Of a DNA stretch of 64,000 nucleotides, positions 1 through 11,203 are shown piece by piece. The DNA is from Eledone cirrhosa. Lineage: Eukaryota. Below the pieces are notes generated by a model. The model was not told the DNA's origin. It saw only the letters and a list, made by a program, of their open reading frames with translations, and made no database searches. The position numbers were made by a program, and so were the translations under genes. Every line of letters begins with the position of its first letter. The first letter of the stretch is position 1. The DNA lies in contig OZ024740.1 in the NCBI GenBank assembly GCA_964016885.1, positions 307,644,001 through 307,708,000 on the forward strand, given 5' to 3'.

Positions 1-1170
1 AACCGGAGGTTTATATCGTGACGACATGCTTTTACTTATAGAAAATAATAACTGCGAACTAAATAGAAAAAGAAAACAAATTATACAATTTTTTAATTAC
101 CTTAATCTAAAAGTAGAAATAGAGAATAACCCTAAAATAGTCAATTTTCTAGATGTAACACTAAATCTTAACACATGTCTTCATTATCCATTTCACAAAC
201 TAAATGAGAACTTACATTACGTCAATTTTAACTCTAATCACCCCCAGATCCGTTAAAAATACTATAGTGAACTCTGTACAAGAACGAATTTCGAGAATTT
301 CAGCTAATAAGAATATATTTGATGAAAAAGCACATTATTACAACGAAGCGTTAGGTAGAGCTGGGTATAGAAATAAAATTAAATGCATCGATAATAATAA
401 TAATATAACAACTAACCATAATCGTAACAATTTAAACTATGGTAACAATTTTAACAACTATAATAGAAAACCTTACATTAATTCCGAAAGCCAAAAAAGA
501 AATAGAACTAGGAACATATTATGGTTCGCTCCTCCTTTCTCATTAAATATTAAAACCCCTATTGCTAAACTATTTTTTAAAGCTCTTGACAAATGCTTCC
601 CTAGAACACATAGATATTACTCAATTTTTAATAGACATACTATAAAATTAACTTATTCTTCCACCAACAATTGAGCGCAAAATATTAATAGAATTACTAA
701 TAAAAATTTAAAACCTAACCAAAATACCAACAATAACCCAAGCAATATTCAATCTGATAAATGTAACTGTAGAAATAAATCTAACTGTCCGTTAAATAAC
801 AATTGCTTAGCTAAAAAATGTAGTATATAATTGTAATGTAAAAACTAATTTAAATTCATTTAATTATGTGGGATCTACTTCCACAGAGTTTAAATCCCGC
901 TTCAATAATCATAAAAATTCTTTTACAGATCCAAACAGAACATCTTCAACTTCTCTATCTAGCCTATTATAGGACCTAAAACTAAAGAACGTTGAATATT
1001 CGTTGATTTGGAATATTATTTCAAAAGCTACTCCTTTTAACTCCTCTTCAGAAAATTGCGATGTTTGTATAGAGGAAATATTCTTTATATTAAAGACCAA
1101 AAATTCCCTGAACTTAAGGAATAATTTATTCAGTTGCTGCAGACATAGATTAAACTCAACGTTTAAATAT
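1..1170 (+). mobile_element. Decayed Penelope-like retroelement (RT C-terminal half, Cys-rich linker and C-terminal GIY-YIG endonuclease); 5' part lies outside the window; probably Nematis-like
   Basis: Frame from nt 2 reads TGGLYRDDM (RT YxDD), then VNFLDVTLNL, YVNFNSNHP, ILWFAPPFS and IFNRHTIKLTYS. The linker is CNCRNKSNCPLNNNCL, and the GIY-YIG reads VVYNCNV..YVGSTSTEFKSRFNNHK, ending CDVCIEE..LNLRNNLFSCCRH. Broken by frameshifts (~250, ~815) and stops (TGA 672, TAG 970). Confidence 0.9.
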
Positions 1171-1261
1171 AAATATAAATATAAATATAAATATAAATTT
1201 TATTAATTTTATTATTAATATATTGAACCTGTCGATAAATCATTAGATTCCTTCATCTTTT

Positions 1262-1358
1262 TTGACTGATTATACACTCAAGTAAAAATAACTTTTCTTC
1301 CTAAATATAAATAAATATAAATATAATAAACTATTCTAGAGAAATATATTGAGAGCTC
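1262..1358 (+). ncRNA. Degenerate hammerhead-like motif plus downstream bulged hairpin in the 3' pseudo-LTR of the PLE at 1-1170
   Basis: ctgatta-tac-actcaa-gta-aaaa (1266-1288) matches CUGAUGA/stem II/GAAA with two substitutions. tattc-taga-gaaa-tata-tt-gagagc (1332-1356) resembles the conserved hairpin seen elsewhere. Confidence 0.35.
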
Positions 1359-2424
1359 TTGAAAGGAGAAAATATTTCTTATTTCTTATTTTTTTATTGT
1401 TTTTTTATTGTTCTGATAGCTTCTCCTATTTTCGAAAGTTTATCCTTTCAAAATTTTGAGTTAAGTATACGTAAAATAAATTTCTATACTAAATCTATTA
1501 AACATACTATTATTTTGAAATTATAACTTAAAATATTCTATAATATTTTAAAATTGTATTGCTTTTAAAGTTATATTGCTTATAATTATATTTCCAAATT
1601 GTAATATAATTCTTTTGTATTTTATGTACTCAATTATACTATGTACTGTATTTATATATACTTCTCTCTATATGTGAGTATATATGTATATGTGTGTATT
1701 GACATACATGTACATATGTTTTATGCGTTTTTATGAATGTATGTCTGTCTGTATGTATATGTATACGTGATGCGTATCTACCTATTGGCTGAGGGTACAC
1801 GCGCATGTATGTATATATATATATATGTGAGAATTGTGTATGTACATGTGCGTGTATATCCATACAATTTGATTGCACTTATGTATAGTGATTATCCCAA
1901 GATTCGTGACAGATAGACATATAATAACAGCCATAAATACATAACAGGTAATCTTATAAAACTTAAATAAAAAAAATTTTGTTTAATAACATAAAGTGTG
2001 TATAACATAAAATTTCCTTTAATATCTTAACAATTATAACATTTTTAAGATTCCTATATCTTAAATTAAATTAAAGAATCCTTTATGCTTTGTGTATATA
2101 TTATATACGTAGTTAGATATGTTATGTATTTTATAAGTGTGTATGTATATATATTTATATGTATTTTTGCGTGTGTATACGTGTTATATGATATGTAGTT
2201 CTCTAGTAATATATGGATTTCTTAATGTATAGATCCCAGTTTTTAATATATTGATCTCAATTTTTAAATGATTAACTAAACATCTAATCATATTTAAACA
2301 ATGGTTAATTTCTCATATTATATATGTATATTCCATTCATGATTATTAACATTTCTAATTTTATTTATTCATTTCATCTCAATTGTTAAGTTAACTCAAC
2401 AAGATATGACTTAGAGTTTTTCGT

Positions 2425-2630
<206 letters not shown>

Positions 2631-2776
2631 TAACCTAACGGCTTATTTTAAAAATAAAAATATCCAATACTAATAATAATATAATTAAACAACTCCACTA
2701 TCCGGGAGCTTCCAACAGTAATGGTTGCATTTTTTAAGGGTATGTCAATATTTATTTATAAAACTGATCTATATTA

Positions 2777-2841
2777 CATTTAATCTGATGAAAGCACACC
2801 ATAATTTAACTTGGTGTCCTTGAAATATGTATAATGAAATA
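2777..2841 (+). ncRNA. Minimal type-I hammerhead ribozyme, family A copy 1 (PLE pLTR 2690-2880)
   Basis: atttaat CTGATGA aagcacacca-taatttaact-tggtgtcctt GAAA tatgta TA atgaaat. The flanks are homologous to 16140-16325 and 18600-18805. The copy ends at (TA)n. Confidence 0.85.
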
Positions 2842-2880
2842 AATATGGTTTTATAAATATAGTTTCCATTTGTTAATATC

Positions 2881-2958
<78 letters not shown>

Positions 2959-2962
<4 letters not shown>

Positions 2963-3035
2963 AAGGAGTTGTGGTAAGTAACCAGATGGACCATAACGCA
3001 CCAGAGTACTCAATACTTAGGCTAATAGGAGAAAG
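2959..3035 (-). mobile_element. pLTR tail fragment of a different PLE family, sister to 21420-21505
   Basis: The reverse complement ttctcctatta..aagtattgagtactctggt..ggtccatctggtt matches 21420-21500. Confidence 0.65.
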
Positions 3036-3036
3036 T

Positions 3037-3936
3037 ATGACCCTGACCTCTTCAGTGACTGGGGATTCTTTTCTTTGTTTTTGTGCCTCTCCTTTGTTCT
3101 GTCCTACGCCATCTTGTTTCTGTGTGTGTGTTGTTTGCTCAGTCTGCGCATGCGCCACATCCGGGTGTCTGTGTGTGTTTATATTCGTTTATTTATGTGT
3201 TTATTTACAGGTTGGTTGTTTGTTCTATGTGCGTGTGTGTTTTCATTTTGTCTTTAATTGTAAGTTTTGATGTTGCTGTTCCACTTATGTTTTCTATTTA
3301 ATTTTGGTTGTAATTCTTTTATGTTTATTGCCTCTGTGATTTGTCTAAACATTGCATCTTTTCTGTGTGTAGATTCTATTTTTATTTCTATGTTCTCTAA
3401 TTTACCCTTATGTTCTATTTTAGCCTGTTGGTAGAGTACAGATGATTCTTTACTATCTTGAAGGTCTCGCCAGTGTTCATTTATCCGTTCCCCTACACTA
3501 CGAGCTGTCTCACCTATGTACACTATATTTTTGTCTCTACATTGTCCCTCAGTACATCTTATGCTATATACTACATTTCTAGTTTTACAGTTAATATGGG
3601 TGCTTAATTTACAGGTTATACATTTCTTATCTATACAGGGGGTCTTTGAAATGGGTATGTATTGCTAATAAGGGTTTTACGGAGGTACCTGGTCTTTCTA
3701 CTATCTTAATATTGAGTTTATGTTTATCAATATATAAACAAGCATCTGGTTGTGGAACCAACCAACCAACCGGAAGTTTATAAATTCCTAAATTTATAAA
3801 TTTATTATAATAAATTGAAGTGAAAGCAACTGGTGCGTGTGTTTCTTATTGGCAACATGACCCTCCCAAAGTATAACAATATCGGTTTCAACAGACGTTT
3901 TCAGATAAAGAATCTTGCTAAACAAATTCAGAAACG

Positions 3937-3940
<4 letters not shown>
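3037..3940 (-). mobile_element. 5'-truncated PLE: GIY-YIG C-terminus (3254-3725), 3' UTR with half of a hammerhead, and an inverted pLTR piece (3725-3940)
   Basis: The minus frame reads IKIVERPG..DPCIDKKCITCK..CKTRNVVYSIRC..C..YIGETARSVGERINEH..FRQITEAINI..LNRKHKW. gtca-CTGAAGA-ggtca occurs at 3044-3059 (-). 3725-3940 is the reverse complement of 12622-12820. Confidence 0.85.
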
Positions 3941-3989
<49 letters not shown>

Positions 3990-4404
3990 TGAATGAGGTC
4001 GAGTACTGTTGTGTATATATGTGACAGAATATATATATGAGTAGTGTATATGAATGTGTGGATTAATGTGTGTATGTGGACACTAATGTGTATATGTACG
4101 CGTGCTGGTATATATAATACGTCTTAATTTGTATTTTTTAGAGAGGAAACCAATCTACCGCATTCAGTTCGTTAATTACCAACGGTAAGGTTACGTAACC
4201 CATCCACCCATTCCCACTCCCCATACTCGTAGTTAATGTATGAGTCTGTTCTTTCCTCCTTATATCCTGCTTTATCCTTCTTTAACACACCAGATATCCC
4301 CACCTCACATTCTCTCTTCCGCAATCCATGTACTAACTGGCACGTGCTGCCATTTCCGTATAACACTGAGCGTTGTTTTCGTTTTTGTGGTGAAAGTTTC
4401 TATA

Positions 4405-5545
4405 ATGGTGCTGGTGTTGGTGGTGGTGCTGGTGTTGGTGGTGGTGCTGGTGTTGGTGGGGGTGCTGGTGTTAGTGTTGGTGCTGGTGTTGGTGGTGGTG
4501 CTGGTGTTAGTGTTGGTGCTGGTGTTAGTGTTGGTGCTGGTGTTAGTGGTGGTGCTGGTGTTAGTGTTGGTGCTGGTGTTAGTGTTGGTGCTGGTGTTAG
4601 TGGTGGTGTTGGTGGTGGTGTTGGTGGTGGTGCTGGTGGTATTGGTGTTGGTGCTGGTGGTGTTGGTGTTGGTGTTGGTGTTGGTCTTGTTGGTGCTGGT
4701 GTTAGTGTTGGTGCTGATGTTGGTGGTGGTGTTGGTGTTGGTGCTGGTGTTAGTGGTGGTGTTGGTGTTGGTGGTGGTGGTGTTGGTGTTGGTGTTGGTG
4801 TTGGTGTTGTTGGTGGTGGTGGTGTTGGTGCTGGTGTTAGTGTTGGTGGTGTTGTTGGTGTTGGTGTTGGTGTTGGTGTTGTTGGTGTTGGTGTTGGTGT
4901 TGTTGGTGTTGTTGGTGTTGGTGTTGGTGTTGTTGGTGGTGGTGGTGTTGGTGCTGGTGTTAGTGTTGGTGTTGGTGTTGTTGGTGTTGTTGGTGTTGGT
5001 GTTGGTGGTGCTGTTGGTGGTGGTGTTAGTGGTGGTGTTGGTGGTGGTGTTGGTGCTGCTGTTGGTGTTGGTGGTGGTGTTAGTGTTGGTGTTGGTGGTG
5101 GTGGTGGTGGTGGTGGTGGTGGTGTTTGCGTTTGTGTTGGGGGGGGGGGGGGGTCCGTGGGTGTTGGGGGGTCCGGGGGGCGTTGGGGGGTATGGTAGTG
5201 GGGGGGGGCTGGTGTTGGTGGTGGTGGTGGTGTTGGTGTTGGTGTTTGTGTTGGTGTTGGTGGTGGTGGTGTTGGTGTTGGTGCTGGTGGTAGTGTTGGT
5301 GTTGGTGCGGGTGTTGGTGTTGGTGTTGGTGCTGGTGTTGGTGCTGGTGGTGGTGTTGGTGTTGGTGGTGGTGTTGGTGTTGGTGCTGGTGCTGGTGTTG
5401 GTGTTGGTGGTGGTGTTGGTGTTGGTGTTGGTGTTGGTGTTGGTGGTGTTGTTGGTGGTGGTGGTGTTGGTGGTGTTGGTGTTGGTGGTGTTGTTGGTGG
5501 TGGTGGTGTTGTTGGTGGTGTTGTTGGTGGTGGTGTTGGTGTGGT
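4405..5545. repeat. (GGT/GTT/GCT)n trinucleotide-based low-complexity repeat
   Basis: About 1.1 kb of ggtgttggtgct-type triplets. It produces the spurious Gly/Val, Val/Leu and Pro/Thr ORFs. Confidence 0.9.
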
Positions 5546-5721
5546 GATATGGTTATGCTGGTGATGCCGGTGATGTTGGCGGGAAGAGGTCAATTGAGTT
5601 TTTGAAGCGGTGCTGATTATGATGGCAGTGGTGGTGGCGGAAATAAACAGAATGTGTTCTTGACGTTGATGATGATAGTGACAATGGCACTGTTGATAAC
5701 AATTGCTGAAGCGATGACAAG

Positions 5722-5908
5722 GGCGGTGGATTGGCAGTATCGGTAGAGGGTCGGACGTCATGCTTTCCAGCATAGTTACGTCCCTTTACAATCTGAGTTC
5801 AAATCCCGCCGAGGTTGACTTTGCCTTTCATCCTTACGGGGTCGATAAAATAAAGTACCAGTAATGCACTGTGTAATTGCTGGCCTTGTGCATAAAGTAG
5901 AAACAATT
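5722..5908 (+). mobile_element. tRNA-derived SINE, family S1 (full length)
   Basis: A-box TGGCAGTATCGG and B-box GAGTTCAAATCC. The conserved body gactttgcctttcatccttacggggtcgataaaataaagtaccag has at least 8 copies in the window. Confidence 0.85.
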
Positions 5909-6164
5909 AATGATGTTAATGATTTTTGTGGCTAGTGTTAATAATAGGGTGGTGGGAGAGATAAAGATAAGGTAGCGGCAGTGGGGGTTGTGATGTTATT
6001 AATGTTGATGATGGTGATGATAATGACGTTGATGATGGTGTTAGTAGTGATGATGATGATGCCGCTGGCTGTTGCGACGAAGAGTGTTCGTTTTGGTACT
6101 GCAGACACGCCACGGTTCTGCTATATAACATTCCTATCCGATTAAACATATCAAACAAACCAGG

Positions 6165-6660
6165 AAGCCTCTATGCAGTGGTGGACTCGTTATAAATAGT
6201 AACTTAATTCCTAGTCTCCAATCTTACCAACCTACAAAACGACACATTGAACAGCGTAGCCATTGATATACAGCGTCTTTGAACATAAGTTTTCTCGATT
6301 AGAGCTGACCTGTTAAACAACAACAGCTAGACCTATATCTTACTGCTCACCTTACTGTCACCATCATTACCTCAGTCTCGGCCACTTCTACTATTGTCAA
6401 TGTTCCCACTGTCTTCTTATGTCCCTATTACCACCAAGGCTGCCACCGCTACTGTTTTTGTCACCTGTAAAACAATGATTAGAAATCGTGCTAAGAATGA
6501 CACCAAAATATCCCTCAAATCACACCCAACTCCCTTAAACAATAAAATACATTCAATGATGTAGTTCTATATACTCATAAAAATACGGGATGGTTACGGC
6601 ACGAATGCATTTGATCATAGTTTTCCTCAATCAGGGATGATCTTGGGCAACAAACAAGAA
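6165..6660 (+). repeat. Two diverged copies of an old interspersed repeat, also seen at ~48175-48390 (+) and ~55180-55355 (-)
   Basis: Shared blocks ..ttagaa(a/g)t..caaatcacac.., ..atgtagt..tatatac.. and ..gatcatag..caatcagggatga..aaacaacaa. Confidence 0.45.
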
Positions 6661-6693
6661 AGACCCCCCCCCCCAAAAAAAAAAACAATAATG

Positions 6694-6875
6694 ATTTCTA
6701 CTATAGGCACAAGGCCAGCAATAATCCCAGTGTATTACTGGTACTTTATTTTATCGAGCCCGTAAGGATGAAAGGCAAAGTTAACCTCGGCGGAATTTGA
6801 ACTCAGACCATAAAAGGGCCGTAACTCTATGTCGCAAAGCATGGCGTCAGACCCTCTACCGATACTGCCAATCCA
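6694..6875 (-). mobile_element. SINE S1
   Basis: Reverse complement of the 5722-5908 family. Confidence 0.85.
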
Positions 6876-7261
6876 AAAAAGACAATAATAACATCCAAAC
6901 AATATCAAATGAAATATTTCCTTATAGTTGCCAATTGTGATGTTTGGATGTGCAATCAGAAGCACTTTTTAAATTAGACGAACACTCTCACACACACATA
7001 CACATGTACATACACACGTCCACTTATTAATTTTAGCTATTCAAAAAAATACATACTTTTAAATTCACTTTACAATTATCCTACATATATCGAAATTCTC
7101 GCTAAACTGGTCAACGATATAATTCCATTACAACTGATTTGAAACTTAGTGACTAGTTAGTTGCTATCACAATCGTGTATTTAAAATAAAAAAAATCTAA
7201 GTTTATTTTATTATCATTTGTTAAGCTTTATATATAAATTACCCCACCCCCATATATATAT

Positions 7262-7550
7262 GATAGAAAAAAACGAGGAAGTTTCGTTTATATATGAAAA
7301 ATATTTATTGCGTATCGACCTGTTACGCGCGTTTCGCAGAGGATTGGTTCAAGGTGACCCATAGGAGTTATGGGCCCGACTCCAGTATCGATCTGCTCCT
7401 GACACTGGTGATGCGACAATGCGAAATGCGTATAACGCAATAAATATTTTTCATATGTAAATGAAACTTCCTCTTTTTTTCTATTATATATACTCTGCCC
7501 GTGCATAGAGTGCTTGATTTGGTACCAACACCAATATTTCACCGTACTAC
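7262..7550 (+). mobile_element. Fold-back PLE pLTR remnant with degenerate hammerhead and conserved hairpin
   Basis: Arm 7263-7338 is the reverse complement of 7420-7484. Stem I gtatcgatctg (7385) pairs with caggtcgatac in the inverted arm. The core is ctggtga..gc GAAA tgcgta TA, and the inverted arm has GAAA cgcgcg TA. The hairpin is tactc-tgc-ccgt-gca-ta-gagtgc at 7491-7513. Confidence 0.7.
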
Positions 7551-7563
7551 CTACACTACACTA

Positions 7564-7642
<79 letters not shown>

Positions 7643-7649
7643 TGTATAC

Positions 7650-8086
7650 ATAATAGGTAGATTCCCAAATGGGATCGGGAGGTGAACACAGTTAACGAAG
7701 GTACTGAATACGTTGGTTGAATATAAGCTTCTTTATTTTATATAGAAATGACTTCTACAGTACCTGAACTGTTTCAAGCGCATAGTTTTGTTTATATGTT
7801 TAGTCATTGTTCTTACTCCTGTACAATGGTATCACATCAGTGTTCAGATATTTGGATACAGTGATCTTCTGGGGCTGTTTTGTTACCTAAAGAAAGTGGA
7901 GATGAATTTGGCTTTGTTCATTGTCATACTGGGATGATTTATTAAATTGTATTTTTTTGCCAAGCGTAAGCTGTAGAACTTTGAACCAAATCGAGTAGCA
8001 CTGTCAATGATGAACCTTGTAAGTTCAGAAGACGTGCTATTACTTTTCTCTGCAAGATGCGTTTCAAGAACGATGTGGTGTTTTCC
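7650..8086 (-). mobile_element. Probable PLE-derived remnant with decayed hammerhead
   Basis: The minus strand reads tatctgaac-a-ctgatgt...ctt GAAA ca gttcaggta, with a 9-bp stem I and stem III largely deleted. A decayed hairpin tattc..gta-tt-cagtac lies at ~7700-7724. Confidence 0.45.
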
Positions 8087-8090
8087 TTAT

Positions 8091-8311
8091 CCCTTTAGCA
8101 CTTAAACCGGCTGTCTCCGCCCAGAATTCTCTCACCTCTTTCTGTTCAAACTGGCCATAACTGTCGGCTCATACTTATGTTAAGGTATTGTTCTCAAAAT
8201 AAATAATATCAAAATCTCATAGATTCGATATCATCTGGAAAAATTATGTGAAATAAAGGGTTTACCGTGATAATAGAATAGTAAATATAGAGCAATGTAA
8301 ATGCTAAAGGG
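8091..8311 (-). mobile_element. piggyBac-type MITE with TTAT target-site duplication
   Basis: TIR ccctttagca..tgctaaaggg, with TTAT on both sides (8087-90, 8312-15). Same family as 59322-59539 and 62850-63054. Confidence 0.85.
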
Positions 8312-8443
8312 TTATGGGAGAGTTTTAATGAGCTTACGTGTCGGTATCGTCTGCTCTTAAATTGTCGGGGTTTTTTTCGGACGTAGTATATCGGATACAC
8401 AATAAAGTCATTTATGCAATATTCTTTTTAATATTTAATATCT

Positions 8444-8486
8444 AATATTTGATAAAATTGTTATAACAATCGAAACCGGTTATATT
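8444..8486 (+). ncRNA. Minimal hammerhead with U3-A8 core variant
   Basis: aatat TTGATAA aattgtt-at-aacaatc GAAA ccgg TT atatt. Stem III is palindromic (accggt). Confidence 0.65.
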
Positions 8487-8740
8487 TAATGCAACACTTA
8501 TAAAATAATTCATTCTGTCAGATTAAAGAAAAATTAATCTTTAAATATATTTCTGCGCATTTTCACCTTCACTTTTTAGTTATAATCTTTGTTTTGTATT
8601 GACATTTTACCCCTTTTTCAACTATATATATATATATATAAGTATTCACATAACAATTGCACGCATACACATCATTCGTGTGTGCACATGTGCGTATGCC
8701 GCCTGCGTGTGGCGTTGTGTTTGTTGATTTTTCTTATACA

Positions 8741-9000
8741 TACAGGTAAAATAATTAATTTTGATTGCTGACTCTGAAGGACTGATGCTGGAGCTTTGAA
8801 ATCTTTATGCATTAATTTCAACTCTTTTTATTAATGACTTCATTGTTTTTGTTATTTTCCAAATAAACTGACATCTGATTGTTCAACTTCTCTTTAAAAT
8901 GGACAAAAACATCGTGGTGTTGTCAAGTACCTGTAGAAGAAGGCTTCAGGTCGCAAGGACATTCATGCTGACATACTTGCTACATTATGGGATGACACAC
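8741..9000 (+). mobile_element. Mariner transposon 5' fragment (decayed transposase N-terminus)
   Basis: From 8899: MDK..HRGVVKYL*KKASGRKDIHADILATLWDD, the first HTH region of a mariner transposase. Confidence 0.7.
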
Positions 9001-9004
9001 TTTA

Positions 9005-9330
9005 TATAAAAGAAATGAATACAAGGAGTATAAACCGTTAAAACATGTTTATATAACAATTCACCTATGTACGTTTGCCCTTGATAAGCCCGTTCTGGGC
9101 GAAACGTAGGTAGGTGCATTGTTATATAAACATGTTTTAACGGTTTATATTCCTTGTATTCATTTCTTTTATAATCGCTCTGCTTATTTTTTCTCGCCCA
9201 CTAAATATTAACGCTTCTAATATTTAACCCTCTGGGCACGAGTATTGAGCACATTTGCACAAACTGTTGGCAACTAAATATATGTATTGCCCATCTTTCC
9301 TTTTTTCTCTCTCTCGATACTAAATCATTC
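9005..9330 (+). mobile_element. Fold-back PLE pLTR with U3-A8 hammerhead (9077-9117) and extended conserved hairpin (9177-9252)
   Basis: Arms 9005-9080 and 9097-9173 are inverted copies. The core is TTGATAA gccc-gttct-gggc GAAA cgtagg TA, and the inverted arm has cgtaca. The hairpin is gctc-tgct...agta-tt-gagcac. Confidence 0.75.
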
Positions 9331-9334
9331 TATA

Positions 9335-9367
<33 letters not shown>

Positions 9368-10715
9368 CAAACCTATAAATACTTAGGGATTAATGAGGGC
9401 TCTGGCATACAGCATGCAAGTATGAAAGAGAGGATAAGGAAAGAATGTTACAGGAGAGTACGTGCAGTTCTGAGATCAGAACTAAACGCTCGTAACAAGG
9501 TGCTAGCCATAAATTCCTTGGCAGTCCCAGTTGTCACTTATAGCTTCGGTGTGTTGAACTGGAATATGAGTGAAATCAAAAGAATCGACACCAAAGTCCG
9601 TAAGCTACTGACCTGTAATAGGATGCACCACCCAAAAGCAGATGTGGATCGTCTTTACCTTCCTAGAACTCAAGGAGGCCGTGGCCTGATCAAATTTGAA
9701 CTTGCTTACAAGACCACCATCATTGGACTGGCCAAATACCTTGAAACAACTAACGACTGTGTGCTGAAACTTGTTGAAAAGCATGAGAGAAGTAAGAAGC
9801 TTCATTCTATCTTGAAGGAGAGCAAAACATATGCTACTGATCTTATGCTTGATACCCAGGCTGGACAGACTAAAGGAACTGTTGCAACTGAAAGCTGCTC
9901 GGCACATAAAATCACTGGCAAAAGCAAAAGGGCAAGGACAATTAGCATCAAATTGGGAGCAGAAACCTCTGCATAGCAAATATGTGGCCCGTAGCAAACA
10001 AGCTGATGTTGACCAAAAGCACACCCATCAGTGGCTACGTAGTTCAGGGCTAAAGGCGGAGAGTGAAGGCTTCATCTTAGCTGCCCAAGATCAAAGCTTA
10101 TTGACTCGTAATTACCAGGCCAATGTAATGAGAAACGGAATAAACCCAAAGGGCCGATTTTGCAATGCTGAGGTTGAAACAGTAGATCACTTAGTCTCTG
10201 GATATAAAGTTTTAGCACCAGTAGAATACAAATATAGACATGACAGAGTTAGCCAATTACACTGGGTAATATGTCGGCATTACAAAATCAAAGCTGAAGA
10301 CAAGTGGTACAATCATCACCCTGAGGCTGTAACTGAAGGAGAAAAAGTAACAATTCTCTGTGACTTTCCTGTACATACTGACAGGACCATAAAAGCAAAT
10401 AGACCTGACATCATTGGAAAAGATCAACATAACAAGGTCTGTTTATTGATAGATATGAGCATCCCATGTGATCACAATATCGCAACAAAAGAATTTGACA
10501 AGCTACGAAAATATAAAGATCTGCTTATTAAAATTGAGAAAATGTGGCACCTCAAGGCCGTTACAATACCAGTGATTGTGGGAGGACTGGGAATGATCAA
10601 GAAAGGAGCAGAACAATATTTGCGAATGATTCCTGGTTTACCCTCTCTGCACGAGGTGCAAAAAATTGTTTTGACTGGTACTGCACACCTATTGAGAAGA
10701 GCACTATCTCTGTAA
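9368..10715 (+). mobile_element. 5'-truncated R4/Dong-type non-LTR retrotransposon (RT thumb, zinc knuckle, restriction-like endonuclease)
   Basis: YKYLGI, RNKVLAINSLAVPVVTYSF, MHHPKADVDRLYLPRTQGGRGL, E.EGFILAAQDQ, a decayed CCHC (GRFC..ETVDHLVSGY), RHD, RPDI..IDMSIP.D and K..KYKDL. One frameshift between the 9422 and 9831 ORFs. The 5' junction is in (TAA)n. Confidence 0.9.
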
Positions 10716-10719
10716 GATT

Positions 10720-10885
10720 GATATCCCTCCTTGTATTTACATATGCATATGCACATGTGTATATATGTACACTATTTTTATCTCTCTTTTATATTCAATT
10801 ATATTACACAGCCCGAAAAAAGCTTTTTACATGAGGTATTTAATTGTAAGAGACTATCTTGAGTTTCTAACTCAATATATACCTT

Positions 10886-10942
<57 letters not shown>

Positions 10943-10970
10943 GTCATAATAGTTCCTTTGTTCTTTTTCA

Positions 10971-11062
<92 letters not shown>

Positions 11063-11160
11063 GTATATATTGAGTTAGAAACTCAAAATAGTCTCTTACA
11101 ATTAAATAAAAGAGAGATAAACACAGATATATACATATATGTGTTCAAATCGTAAGGGAC
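10720..11160. repeat. Inverted pair of a short repeat around (TA)n; another copy at 46550-46680
   Basis: 10837-10887 (tatttaattgtaagagactatcttgagtttctaactcaatatatacc) is the reverse complement of 11059-11108. 11110-11160 matches 46550-46600 inverted. Confidence 0.75.
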
Positions 11161-11161
11161 G

Positions 11162-11200
<39 letters not shown>

Positions 11201-11203
<3 letters not shown>

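Noticed and set aside
672-674. In-frame TGA in the PLE ORF as possible selenocysteine
   Set aside because: It falls at a position normally hydrophobic (likely TTA to TGA), not at a Cys. The copy also has frameshifts and a TAG, and no SECIS was recognised.
4236-5773. Pro/Thr-rich (extensin/mucin-like) and Gly/Val-rich ORFs
   Set aside because: The region is open in several frames because it is a triplet repeat. There is no signal peptide or splice context, and the 457-aa ORF starts inside a SINE.
7870-8086. ~65-codon minus-strand reading frame (..TRFIIDSATRFGSKFYSLRLAKKYNLI..) upstream of a decayed hammerhead
   Set aside because: It may be a PLE N-terminal remnant, but it has no diagnostic motif, so it is not called as a CDS.
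8783-8805. ctgatgc..gaaa as another hammerhead
   Set aside because: The core is wrong, there is no stem I or III pairing, and it lies in the mariner 5' UTR.
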